Source: Blastocystis sp. Blastoise
Taxonomy: Eukaryota > Protista > Bigyra: Opalinata
Length of the DNA stretch: 64,000 nucleotides
NCBI GenBank assembly: GCA_039096225.1
Contig: JBBPEB010000003.1
Coordinates: 992,001 to 1,056,000 of the forward strand
Direction: 5' to 3'
The notes beneath the pieces are model-generated. The model was given only the letters and a program-made list of their open reading frames with translations. It was not told where the DNA came from and did no database searches. The position numbers and the translations under genes were made by a program. Below, in pieces: positions 35,145 through 49,848 of this stretch. Within the stretch, counting starts at the first letter, position 1; the number at the start of each line of letters is the position of its first letter.

Positions 35145-37028
35145 TTAAAAAATATTACATTTAAAAATAGAAGGATATTTTTCACAATATACTTTAGGTT
35201 CTGTTCCATATATATAAAAGATACCTATATCTCCTTTACAATTCAAATATACTTTTGTTACTTTCTGTTCTTTTATTATTAATTGTTGATTAATTATCTT
35301 TATATTATCTTCAGATAAATCTTTATTAACATTATATTTTAAACTACGATAACTCTCTTCAATTACTTTATTATCAATACCAAAAGGTAAATTCATTTCT
35401 TTATATTGTCCACTAAATAAACATAAAGGTACAGAATTTGAAAATAATGTAGATCCAAGTGTATATGCATTAACAAGATTTGAATGAACTCTTGTTTTTA
35501 TATAACATTTTATTTCATAGAAAGAAAGTACTTTTCCTGATCCATTACAATGAGAACATTCAGTTTTTCCTACTCCTAAACATTTATAACAATTTAAATA
35601 TCCTTTACCCATACAGAAAGTACAAAGAGTGTTCTCATTATAATCAAAGATACAATGAGGACATCGTACAGATCCTGTACCCGTACATAAATCACATTTA
35701 CAGTACATTCCACCATTACACATAGAACATATCTCTATATTCTGACCTTCTGAAGGACGTATTGTATAGGTTACTTCCTCATTATTCATAGGAATATCGA
35801 CTTTATAAGACCAAATATCTATAGGACTAGTCATCGGCGAAGAATACTATTATATTTATATGTATTAAAGGTAAATAAATAATAATATAGAATATATAAT
35901 ATATAATATAATAAACTTACTATACTTGAAGATCTTGAACAAGGTTCTGTTTTTCGTGTTAATATTCGAGTATCTACATAACTATTTACATTAATAGAAT
36001 AAGATGTATATTGATCTACCTATATATATATATTATTATTATTATTCTTATTATTAAAATACTTTTTGTATAGATATTGAATGTAACATTGATTTATTTA
36101 ATGTCCATGTTGATTTCACATAATTCCTTATAATACTTAATAATTGATCATTATCATATCTCGCTATTGGACTTGGTGTTATGTGTAATACAGTATCATT
36201 TTTAGATCGTTCTTTTTGAAAATATTCATTTTTAACCACTATTAAATCAGTATTCTTTATTTTATGTATATTATTATTTTTAGAAGATTCACTTCGTCTT
36301 CGTTTTATACTCTTTCTCTTTAATAATGATATAGCACTAGTATATTTGATCTTACTCTTATTAATAGGATTATTAATAACTTCTGTACTCAATTCATTTG
36401 TATCTTGTTTATTATTATTATCATTTTGTTTATTATTATCATTTTGTTTATTATTATTATTATTATCATTTTGTTTATTATTATTATTATCATTATTATC
36501 ATCATCATCATCATTATATTTTCTCTTCTTTGATTTTGTATTCTGTGTAGATATTAAGTCATCTTCAGATGTATCTGTATCACTATTATTATCATTATTA
36601 TTATTATTATTACTACTACTATCATTATCATCATTATTATTATGTTTTGAATATCTCTTCGAACTATATCGTTTAGAATGTTTAATTGATTTTGATATAG
36701 GTTCTAAAGAATTATGAACAGTATTTGAAAGAGAAGTAAAAGCATTAGGTATAGAAGATATTCCTATTGGAAATGTATTTAGAACTCCATTAGGAAGTAT
36801 TTGTAAAGAAGAAGGATATAATTGAGGAAGAGAAAAAGGTAATATACTATTATTATTATTAGCATTATTATTATTATTATTATTAGAAATAGTTGATGGA
36901 GATGGAGAAGAAGAAGAAGAAGGTATAGGATTTGAAGAAGAATCAATAATAGGATTCATAATATTAAGATTTCCATAATTATTAGGAATATTTGATATAG
37001 GATAAGGAGATGAATAAATATATATAGG

Positions 37029-37060
<32 letters not shown>

Positions 37061-37958
37061 GAATAGGAGAAGAATTAGAAAGAGGAAGAAGAGGAGGAGG
37101 AGGAGGTTGTGTAGTAAGAACAGGGTATTTCGTAGATGTAGATTCTTGTGTAGAAAATGATGTAGAATAAATAGAATGAGTATCCTCTTCATAAGGATTA
37201 ATTATATCTTCAGAAGGATTAGAAGGAATAGGAATAGCCATAGGAAGTGTACTAGAAGGAGGAATTATAGGAATTACATTATTATTATTATTATTAACAT
37301 TATTAGCATTATTATTATTATTATTATTAATATTATTAATATTATTATTATTATTAGAAGAAGAATTATAAATTGATATAGGTTGAACAGAAGGAGTTAT
37401 ACTATCTTTAGTATTCGTTTGTAAATGACTATAATATGAAATTGATGAAGAATTTTTAAATATATCAGTATCTATAGGAAAAGAAGATCGATTACTTTCT
37501 TGATGAATAGAAGAATTCTTATTTGATTCTAATTCTTTAGGAGATTCATTTTGATTCATAGTTTCATCAGATACAATTTGTTTTTCACTTGTTGTTTCCG
37601 ATATATTCTCTTTTATTTCTTTTTTATTCTTTTTGGATTTCTTTTCTATTTTATTTTCAGTAATTTCTTTTTGTTTCTCGTTTTCATTCGATTGATCCAT
37701 TGAAATATCGTTATTAATTATTTCTTTAGATTCTTGTATATCTTTTAAAGGTTCTGGAAAGATATTTGGAATGTCTTTGACTTCATCACTTGTTAAATGA
37801 CTTATACTTTCTTTCGAATTCTCTAATATTATATTCTTATCATTCTTTTCAATTGAATTTGATTTCGAATCATCAATATTATTTGATTTTGTTGTTGTTT
37901 CAGAAGACTCTTTAGACTTTATTCCTCTAAGCAACAAGTTTTTCAATGTACCAAACAT
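35145..37958 (-). CDS. SSUH2-like protein (DnaJ-type CxxCxGxG zinc-finger repeats) with long disordered N-terminus, 3 exons
   Basis: PIDIWSYKV...IRPSEGQNIEICSMCNGGMYCKCDLCTGTGSVRCPHC...CTFCMGKGYLNCYKCLGVGKTECSHCNGSG...IINQQLII...FYIYGTEPKVYCEKYPS..C, typical of SSUH2. Preceded by ~580 aa of N/S/P/Q-rich sequence. Confidence 0.8.
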
Positions 37959-38604
37959 TTTCTAATTCCAAAGAATTCAAAAATTTTAATAATAAAAGAT
38001 TTCGTATCAGAAAAAGAATGAAGCTTGAAGAAAAGTATGAACAAAAAATTTTAAATAAAAGAATCAAGTTTGTCATGGACAATCGAAATAACAATGAATA
38101 AAATCGTTTTCATCGCAGAAATCAACATAAAACCGTCGAAATTCATCAGAAACAAAAATCATTTCTGTTTCACTCTTTTATTATTATTTAGGAATAATTC
38201 ATATATTATTATATTGTTTTACTAGGTCATTCATTCATATTATTATATTGTTTATTTTAATATATAGAATAAATATAGAATACTATTCAAAGAAATATAA
38301 AAGATTTCATTTCTTTCTTTTTGGAATTATTCATATATAAAAATAAAAAATGTTATAATATGTTTCTATTGTAAAAATAGGAATAATGAATATTTTTAGA
38401 ATAATAAAAATAAAATTAATAAAAAGAAATTCATAAAAATAATAAAAAAGAAAAAGAAAAATATTTTTTTTAAACATATTTTTTCATCTATTATTTCATT
38501 ATTCATATTTTTATTATCACAATTCTTTTATATTTATTCTATTCTATATATATTTACTATTTATAAAAGAAAATAAGTACTTTACATTATCATTCTTTCT
38601 TTTC

Positions 38605-39277
38605 ATGGATGTTTCAAAGAATAAGTCAGAGTCTAATAAGAAAGGTATATACTATAGATTATAATAAAACAAATAATTATTAATATTATTAGTATCATTT
38701 CAGTTTTCTGATGGTAAACTATTGATATTTGATGAATTACTACTAAATAAATATGAAGAATGTTTATTATATAAGATTTATTCGGATCCTAAATCGATAA
38801 AGAATGAGAAAGATGCTTATATAGTAAGTCAACCAAGTTATATAATAGATAATGTTTTATTATGGCTTTCAAATTCTTTAAAAGAAGAAAAAGAACAAAA
38901 TTTAGATGTTTTAAATCAATATTTAATGACTTTAATTATATATTTTCCTACTAGTTATAAGGATATAAAAGAAAATATAAAGAAACAATTACTCTTTTCA
39001 TTAGATCGTTTCTTAAGAAGTAAATTCACAAAGATATATAATTTATCGATAAAAGAAAGAATAAATACAAATGATAAAGATCCTCTTATTCTTATAGATT
39101 CTATTTATAATGTTAATGCAAATGATCTTTTTAGTCTCTCTTTTGAATGTATTTATATATTTTTTATTTTTATTATATATATAGGTTTATTTACAAAAGA
39201 TATTATACAATTATTTGAATATTATTCTTCTATTCTTTCTTCTATACAATTTATACATATTTTTAATAAAGGTATTT

Positions 39278-39308
<31 letters not shown>

Positions 39309-40395
39309 GTTCGATTAACATATAAAGAATCAATATCATTATTATTTCCTGAAAGTCTATTTACTATATTTCCATTCTTAACAGAATATACTATACAAGA
39401 TAGTATATAGTTATATATATATATTTTTTTATTTATATATATATAGATCATACAAGAGAAAATAATTATAATAGTATTACATATATATATAAAACAAAAA
39501 GTAATAAACGAAATATATATTCAAGTAATTATATATATACTATTTTTAAAAATTTAATTTTTATATATATATTTAGATACATTTTCAAATCATTATATAG
39601 ATTCTATTCTGTATATAATTATATATTTATATTTATTTATATATATATATTATAGAATAAATAGAATTAATATAAAAACAAAATTATTTTCTTATTTACA
39701 AAATAATACTATAGATCAATCAATACATTCATTTTCTATGAGTATATATATTTATATATATATTATTATATATATATAGATTTAAATGGAAATAGTCTTG
39801 TACAACCACTTTCTTTCTTTAAAAATAAACAATATAAATATATAGATACACTTATTCTTAATGAAAGTATTTAGTTATTTATTATATATATAGATTAAAT
39901 AGGTTTATTATATTCTTCATGTCCATTTTATCTTCTTAAATCCTATTTATTACATGAATCTAATAAATATATTCAACATATTATATTAGGTATATATTAT
40001 ATATATATTATATTATTATAATATATATATAGATTATAAAGGAAATATAGAAGGTCCTCTTCTTCCTCTTCCTCAATTATTTACTCTTATTAATAATAAG
40101 AATTATCCACAATTAATATCTATTTATTTTAGTATATATATATATTATTATTATTATTATATATATAGAGATCTTAGTAGATAATAAGGATCCACTTCGA
40201 TTTCTATATACATGGCTACATCAATCACATTTATCTTCTCTACAAACAATTCATATTGGAAGTATATTATATATTATATATATTATATATATATAGGAAT
40301 ATCTTCTACTATTGGTTGCAGTTGTCTTCTTGACTATTTATGTTCTACATCAATCTATTTAATTATTGACGATCTATTCTCTATTGGTATTTATA

Positions 40396-40427
<32 letters not shown>

Positions 40428-42032
40428 TATATATATATAGAACCTCATCCTGTTCGTGATATATTTCCCTCTTTATTCCTATTGGCTGAACGAAATCAAC
40501 TTCTTATTCAAGATACATTCTATTGCTCTAGTAATTCTATTTCTTATATATTTATTATATATATTTATATTTATAGAAAATTATGATATTGAAACATTAA
40601 AGAAATTTCTTAATACAACAGCTTGTCAACAAATACATATATTACATTTCGAAGGTATTTATTATTATTTATTTATTTGTATCTCTCTATATTTATATTT
40701 ATTAGGATCTATTCAACATATTCAAACAACATTCTCTATTTGGAACACAAAAGGTTTCCCTCTTATTAATTCTCTTGGTATTGAAAATATTTATTTATAT
40801 ATCTAAATAATAATTATATCTTTAAAAATATTATTTATATATATATATAGATATTTCACAAGAACAAACAAATGATTTAATTCTTTGTTTAAATTCATTA
40901 AAAATATCTATATATCAACAATTATCTACTTTTCTTCTTGATAGTATTTATATATTTATATATATATATTATTATTATTATTTTATATTATTATTTATAG
41001 ATATTTATTTATCCTCTACTCTCATTACAACTCTTGTTGATCTTATTCAAAAACATGCATTTCAATATATTCAAGAATTCAATCTATTCTGTATATATCT
41101 ATATATAATATAATATAATTAATATCTATATATATATATATATAGCTTGTTCTTTCAATATATCTTCTCTTCCTCTATTATTATCCTCTATAAATAAAAA
41201 TACGATGCCTTCTCTAACATCTCTATTCATTGAAAGTATTCATTTATATATATTTATATATATTATCTATATATATATATATAGATAATACAATTCATCG
41301 TGAATCATCTTCTAAAATGATTTTATTTAATGATATTCATATACCATTCTCAAATACATTCTCTATACTTACATTTAGTCGTATATATATATAAATATTA
41401 TTATTATTATATATATATATAGATCTTTATTTAAATTCATCAATAATAAAAAATCTTTGTGATTGTTTTAAACATTATAAATTTACAAATTGTAATATAC
41501 TTCAATTTCATTGTATTTTATTTATTTCTATATAACTAATTATTATTATTATTATTAGATTGTAAATATAATTCTTCTTTCTATACACAATTCTCTACTT
41601 GTATTCAAAATAAATTATTTCTTAAAATCAAAAAAATATCTATTAAATGTATTTTAAATATTTATTTTATTTTTTTTTTAATAATAAAAATTCTATATAT
41701 ATTCTATAGGTACAATGAATATAAATAAACATTGTAAAGAATTAATTCTATTCTTATCTTCTATAAATAAAGAAAATATGCCTTCTTTAATCTCTCTAGA
41801 TATACGTATATTTATATATTATATTTATATATATATAGAATATGGTGTTTTATCTTTAATAAAACATGATTATTCAGATATTTATTTATGTATTTCTCAT
41901 ATAACTGAAGAATTAAAACAATTAAATAATTCTTTATTACAAAAAGAAGATATAGAATTATCTAATAATAATAATAATAATAAAACAATATCTATACAAG
42001 AAAAACAAATTATTTCTACTTCAAAATCATAA
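38605..42032 (+). CDS. Many-exon protein with BTB/POZ-like N-terminus and degenerate leucine-rich-repeat-like body
   Basis: MDVSKNKSESNKK|VSFQFSDGKLLIFDELLLNKYEECLLYKIY... then about 20 short exons with LRR-like units (NYPQLISIYF, GFPLINSL, TMPSLTSLFI, NMPSLISLDI). Exon boundaries often fall at the ends of these units. Confidence 0.6.
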
Positions 42033-42189
42033 TATTCTATTTTATTTATTTTGTTTTTATTATTATTTTATTAAAAAAATTTCTTTATATAAAAAAAAAA
42101 CTTCATTTAAACAAAACAAAATATATATATAAAAAACATAAATTTTTTTAAATAATTAAAATAAATAAAAACAATAAATAATATAAAAA

Positions 42190-45100
42190 TTAATTAATAG
42201 ATTTAGCAATAGAAGGAGGTAATACTTCTTTTGTAGTAGATCCAAGAGAAGAAGTACATATATAAATAGCTATCTTTGTAGTAGATTCTAATAAATTATT
42301 ACTTACAGAACAATAATCAAATCCACCAGTAATATCTGTATAACCATCTTTTAAGAATGAAATCTTATCTGATTTATCTTTTACATATACTTTCACATAA
42401 GCACAAGGAATAGGTTTTTGAGTTTCTTTATGACGAAGAATCAAATAACCATTATTTCTATAAAGATTTACATCAAACCCATTATTATAATAACAACAAG
42501 TACTTGTTTGACCTTTTCCTATAGCTTGAATCATTATATTCTCTTGAATATATTCTTCAGGAATAGCTATATTCATTATCTCTTTATTAATATCAATCGA
42601 TATAGTCTTATTAGGTAATATATAAGAACATTGATTTGATATACTACTCATAAAAGGACGAAGTGAAAATAAATATTCTAAATCCATCTTATATATATTT
42701 AATTGTATAGTATCTATATTTGTAGATTGTATTGATATATTTTTATTCTCACAACTTATAGATAAAGAAATATTATTTGATAAATCATTATAATTCTTTC
42801 TTGTTGATATATTATCTTCTTCTATCTTTATTTTTTGTTTATTATTATCTTCATTATTCATCATAATTCTCTTTTCTATAGAAATAGGTTGATCATATAA
42901 ATGAATCATATCTTCAAGTTCATTAAATAACTGTCTCCAATAATCATTAGGAAAATTATGATATTTTAATACAATCTTTCTACTATAAGTAAATTCTATA
43001 TTAAAACAATCCATATAAGCACTCATATAATCAAATTGTATTTCAGGAATACTATTATTATATTCATTAATACTTATTATATCTTTTATATTAATTTCAG
43101 GACATTCAGTTTTCCATTCTTCTTTAGGTAAACATACTTTATTATAAAATAAATCTCTTGATAATTCAATACGATCTTGAAGAAGTAAATAATAACATAA
43201 TATCATATAATCATATGCATTTAAATCGGATTTCTTTATTAATAAAGATAAGATATTCTCATATTCTTCTTTTATTGTTTTATTCTGTATAGATAATAAA
43301 GAACCTAATTTATATTTACGAGAATTTATTAAAGGCTTAAATTCTTTTATTTGAAAATTATCTACTTTTGATGGATATCTACATATTAATGAAGATATAA
43401 ACCATATATTAACTTCTTTATATATAGAAGATAATGATAAATATTCTTTAATCATCTTTATATCATCATGATAAAAACTATAAGGTAATATAATATCTCT
43501 ATTTAAATGAGATTCTAATAATAAGGGTATTATATTATAATAAAAATCTTTATCAAATAAATGATCTTTTAATATATTTTGATTATAATAATTCATATTA
43601 TGACTTTTAATAAATGATATTATATCATTATTTGTTCCATATAAACAAATATCATTCCAACTTTCTTTATCTATTTTCTCTTTTTTCTCTATTACATTCA
43701 TTATATCATTTGTATTCTTATTATTTTGAGCATAAGTAATTAATTGTTGAGTTTCAGTATCAATTATATGAGCAGGATAATGAGAAAATTGACCTATTGA
43801 AGGGAAGAAAAATGAATATTGAATACGTTTTGTAGAATAAGGAGAAACACTTATATTCACAGTTTTTTGGAAATATTTTGTAGATAAAACAGGATAAGAA
43901 CCATTAGGTAATTGATAAAATATATTTATATCATATTGAATTGGAGATATATTACTTATTATTAACTATATAAATATATTTTTTAATTATTTTATTATTA
44001 ATTTATTATTATAAAATATATAAAATATAAATAAATATAAAATATAAATATATACTTCACAAGTATATGGATTTCCAATAATAAATGTATTTTCAGTCAT
44101 ATATTTTGTTACTTTTTGAGAATTATAAATTGTTGATGAATCATTTGTATCTATATATTTTTGATATATAGTTAAAGTATCATGAGAAGAACATTCTTGA
44201 ATAGAAGATTGTTTATAGAATAAAATAGTAGGTTGACTTGTATTAAGAACAAAAGATCCTGATATATTCTTAGAATAAGTATAAGAATGAATCAATTCAA
44301 AAGGAAGATCTAACAGAGATATACATAATAATAATTCTGTTATATTCTTTGTACAATAATAGAAATTGGAGGATAAGAAAGGAATAGAAGGATTCTTTAT
44401 TATATGAAGAATATAATCATACCAAAAAGGATTTATATCTATTAATGAAGGATCTGATATTAATGTATGTTGATCTATATAAAAGGTTTCATGATATTCA
44501 TTTGTTGTTTCTATTCCTTTATAATATAAATTATCCATTGATATCTCTTTTATATTCTCTTCTTCATTCTCTAATTCATTATTAGTAGTAGTAGAAGTAC
44601 TAGATAAGATATCTCCACATTTAGCTTTAGACATAAAACTACGATTATTTAACATTTTCATTCTTGGCATTCCTCGAAGCATAGGTCTATTTGGCATAGG
44701 TGGAGAAATAGAATCAGAAGCAAAAGATACATCACAAGGAGCAGCAGCACAACACATCATAGGAGGTATAGGAGGCATAGGAGCAGCTATAGGAGCAGCA
44801 GAATACATACTAGAATATAAAGTATTATTATCATTATTAGAAGAAGAACCCATACTAGATCCAAAACCAGAATTTCGTGAAGATCGAGAAAAAAATTTAG
44901 TAATTTGTGTATCACCATCAAATAATGATGATCCTCCTAAATCTTCTTCTTCTTCTTCTTCTTCATATTCTAGTGAATCAGCTTCATTATTATTATCATT
45001 ATTATCATCATCTATATAATATATATATAATATAATATAATATAATATATATATATATACTTTTATCAATAAATTCAGGTTGTTTAGGAGTTTCAAGTCC

Positions 45101-48100
45101 TTTCATTTTCATAGCTATATCAAATAACTTTAAATATTGATTCATAGACATTTTTGATTCTTCAGATCTCTCTTTTATATTCTCTAATAATAATGTATAT
45201 TCTTCTTGCTTGTGACCATGAGATAATAAATAAGAAAATAATAAACATTTTTCAAACATATTCAATTTTATATATTTACTTATTTCTATATAATTACTTA
45301 TATCATCACCAACTAAATATCTATATAAATATATAAATATATATATAATATAATAAAAAAATAATAAATAATATATACTTATCAACAATATCTTTTTCTA
45401 ATTTACTTTGAAGTAAAGGTAATATACTATTTAAAAAGAATAATTGATCTTTTTTATATATAAAGAAATCAAATTCATGGCAAGCATATTTCTTATAATA
45501 ATATTGTTTTTTATCTTGAGATAAATTATACCAATTTGTTAAAAATGAATATTCTTTTATATTTATATTATTATTTTTAGATATTAATTCTAAATAATTA
45601 AAAACATCATTTATTGTTTCCATTCTATATATAATATATAATATAAATATAATTAATATAATATAAATAAAAATAATAATATACGCAGTAATATCAGTAA
45701 TATCAGTAACTTCAATATGATCTTTAATTTCTTTTGTATTTAAACAACTTATATTATTTTGTATTACATAATGTTTATTACAATCAAATCCTTCTTTAAA
45801 ACTAATATTAGTTGTTAAATCTTTACGTATTTCTGTACATTGTATAATTGTATTATCTATATAATAAGATTCATCATCATAAAGAATAATAGATAGTTCA
45901 CAACCTATTTCTTTATATATTTCTAAATCACTCTTATTTATTATAAATGTATTATTCTTTTCATTAATATCAACATGAGGAATTATTATAGAAGGTGTTC
46001 TATAATATTGATAATTACATTTCTTACTATATTTATCATTATTATTTATAATAGGATTTGAAGCACAATAATTCTTTTTACTCATCATATTCTTTTGAGC
46101 TACAGATTCATAAGCATCCCCTTCTTTTGCTTGTTTATCTTCATTCTTAGTAGATTGATATTTATGAGGAGTTATTAATAATCCAGGATGATTCAACGAA
46201 TTACCAGGTAATGGATTCTTATGTTTACGACGTTCTTCTATATACCTATAAAAAAATATATTATTATTTTATTATATTATTATTAATATATAAATAATAT
46301 ATATAAATAAATAAATAAAAACCCATATATATACATAAATTCTTCAGGTAATTTTCTTCCATTAATATAATAAGATTCTGGAATATTCCATTTACAGGAT
46401 GTATAAGATAAATTTTTAGGTATACAATAGTCTAATAAAGAATATATATCCGTATCAAATGTATGTGCTATTATTTTAATTTGTAAAGATTTTAATTTAT
46501 TTCCATTAATTGAATATATATAACAATTTTCTTTTTCTTCTTCTAAATGACAAGATACAGGAATAAATTTATGTTTAAATAATCCACCTGTTTCTGTAAT
46601 AGCATATCCATCAAATAAATGAATATCTTTACATACTTTCTTTACATTAAATGTTTTCTTTATAGGACTTTCATAATCTGAAAATATTGTTAATATATAA
46701 TTACCTTGAGGTAAATTAGATACAACTATATAATTATCTTTAGTTAAACTCATATATTCAGTATAATCTATAGCTATATTTCCATTAGTATCCATAGAAT
46801 ATAAAGTAATATAAGAATAATAAAGATCTTCAATAGTACAAGGTATAGGAACATATGTATTATATAATGAAAATTGAATAGGATCTATATCTAAACAAAT
46901 AGGATCTATACATATACTACTATAAGGATGAGTATAAATAGAATTCTTATATATTAAATCATTATTTGTTATAGTTATAGAAGTCATATAAGGAAGAGTT
47001 GGAATACTTATATAACCATCAGAATTTGTTACTAATGAAAATTGTAAAGAGGACTTAAGTACAGAAGTCTATAAAATTATATAATGAAATTATATAGTAT
47101 ATTATAATATAAATTATAATTTAAATAAATAATATAAAATAAATTAAAATAAATATATACTTGAATATCAATAGTAACATCTAAATTAGATTGTTCTTTT
47201 CCAGTTATATCAGTAATAAGATAATTATGTATAATATTATTATTATTCTTATCTATAGATCTAAAATAATGACATTGAAGTAAATTTTGTTTATTATTAT
47301 TATTATTTATTATAGAAGAATCAGAAGGAGAATAAGCAATTGATTTTGATTGTAATATAATTCTATTTTCTCCTTCACCTATAGTACATTGTATTTGTAC
47401 TTCTATATTTTTATATATATCAGAACAATGAAGAGATTGAATATAATCTTTATTATTCTGTAATTGAATATTTTTCTTATTTATTTTACTTATTATATCT
47501 TCTTGATTTGTTACTAAAAATGTAAATTCTACATCTTTTAATAATTCTAAAGGATATATACAACTATTATTCATTGTACATACAATATGATTCATACATA
47601 ACATATTATTATTTCCTTTCATTGGATTTTCTATATCTATATAACTATGTAATTCTAATTCATATTTCCTAGATAAATGAGTAAAGGAATAAGGATATAT
47701 ATAATCATTCTCTTCTTGTTTTATTATAAAATATAGTATTTCTGTACTATCTGATGTATTTATAGGAAAATATGGAATACAAAGTGTATTTGTATCTTTA
47801 GACATATTAAATTCTTTCTCATTTAATATAGCAGAACATAAACTAGAAGAAAACTTATTATTCTTCTCATCAAGAATATGAAATATATGACCATTTATTG
47901 TCTTTTGCTCTAATATATGAATCTATATATATTATATTTATTATATATTATATTTATTATTATATATATATATATACTGATCCATAATATATTAATGCTC
48001 TAGAAGCAAATTGTTCACCCATTATATTAATTATATATACACCACGTTCACTTATATTAGGAAGATCTAATCTATATAATATTATGTTTATAAATATAAT

Positions 48101-49848
48101 AAATATAATAAATATAATAAATATAATAAATATAATAAATATAATAAATATAATAAATTTATAATAAAAAAAAATCTTAAATATATAATAATAAAAATCT
48201 TAAATATATAATTAAAAAAATCTTAAATATATAATAATAAAAATCTTAAATATACTTTTGTGTATATTCTACAATAGATGGTTTATCATTTATATATATT
48301 TTTGTATATTGAGGTATAAGACCATCTAAATCAATATCACTTTGAATTATAGTTGAATGATTCTCTTTATAATAATTTAATAAATTTATACGAAATAACT
48401 GTACAGTAAAACTAGAAATATTCTTTACTTTACAATATATATCAATTGGTTCACCATATATAAAATGTTCTTTATTATAATTTTCAAAACATAATTTCTT
48501 TGTTCTTTCTAAATGTTCTATAGTATATTTTGATAAATGAGGAGCTATTTTAGATTGACCTGATAATAATAATGTAGTTTCATATAATTCATTTAATTTC
48601 TTTTCTTCTATATATTCACTAAATATAGATTTATCTACTTGTAAGAAGAAATGACAAAGAATTCGATTTATAACATTAAGAGATTCAGATGTATAATAAT
48701 TCTTACAAAATGGAGCACAATTATAATTATCGATTGATTCTAAATTATTTATTTTTAATTGTGATTTTAAAGAAGAAGAAAAAGGAAGAAAATAAGATAT
48801 TAATGATAATTTATTTACTTCTTTCATATATATATTTTCTGGTTTAGGAATAGAAAGAAAATATTTTAATAGATCTAAATCATATTCATTATGTTTTTCT
48901 AAATATTCTAAATGACTATAATAAACAGATACTTCAAAATATTTTGTAGGATAAGGAAGTGTAGATATATATTCTTCTAATTCTTTATAATAAGGTATAT
49001 ATTCATCTTTATCTTCTAAATTATATTTTGAAGATATACATTTCATATATTGTATTACATAATCATGATTCTTTGAATATTCATTATTATTACTAGTAGA
49101 ATTTAATTCTATTAATTCATCTAAAGATAATAAATAAAAATATTTCGATATATCAAAATCTTTTGCTTTTAATTTATATTTCTTTAAAGCATCTAAAAAG
49201 CCTGGAATACCACTATTATGTATTTTCTTTAATAATATTTCAGAAATCTCTTTTTCACTTAATAATTTGAATAATTTATTTATACCACATTCACTTATAG
49301 TATCTATAGATAATTTTGAATCAAATAATTCTTGATAAACTTCTTTTGAAAGACTTGTTATACTATTATTCTCATTTCTATTCATTGTTTCTTCATTATT
49401 TACTCTACTTATATTGATCTTCTGAGGAGGAGTTAATTTTATATTTAATTTATCCATTAATGATTTCTTTAATTCAGGAGAAAGCTCATCTTCTTTATTT
49501 TGTAATAATTCTTGTTGAAACTTCAATTTCTCGGCTTCTCTTGTATTCTCTTTACGTAATTCATCTATTAATTTATTTATCTTCTCTTTTTCACCAAGAG
49601 AATCATGTTGTTGATAATAAGTTATCTAAAAATATTTTTTTTTTTTATATAAAGAAATTATTATTATTTTATATATACTTTTAAGATAAGATTCTTTTCA
49701 GTAGAAGGCAAACTATCTATATAGTGTTTCTTATCCTATATATATAATTTATTTATATTTATAAACAAAAAAAAAATAAAATGGATTAACATACTTCACA
49801 TAATAAATAACGTTCATCATCATTGTAATAATCGCTGTAACTTGACAT
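42190..49848 (-). CDS. Very large conserved uncharacterised protein, similar to Dictyostelium AbpF-annotated and planctomycete/verrucomicrobial giant proteins, ~11 exons
   Basis: C-terminal signature P...AYVKVY......ISFLKDGYTDITGGFDY.S...KIAI......G....V.PP. Also ACHEFDFFIYKKD..FF...I.P.L.SK.EK..VD, YYLLLQDRIE, IQFDYMSAY, HYPAH. ATG at 49848, TAA at 42190. Family assignment recalled, not searched. Confidence 0.7.
48095..48252. repeat. Intronic short tandem repeats: (TATAATAAA)n followed by about 4 AAAAAATCTTAAATATATA units
   Basis: Directly visible. Confidence 0.8.
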
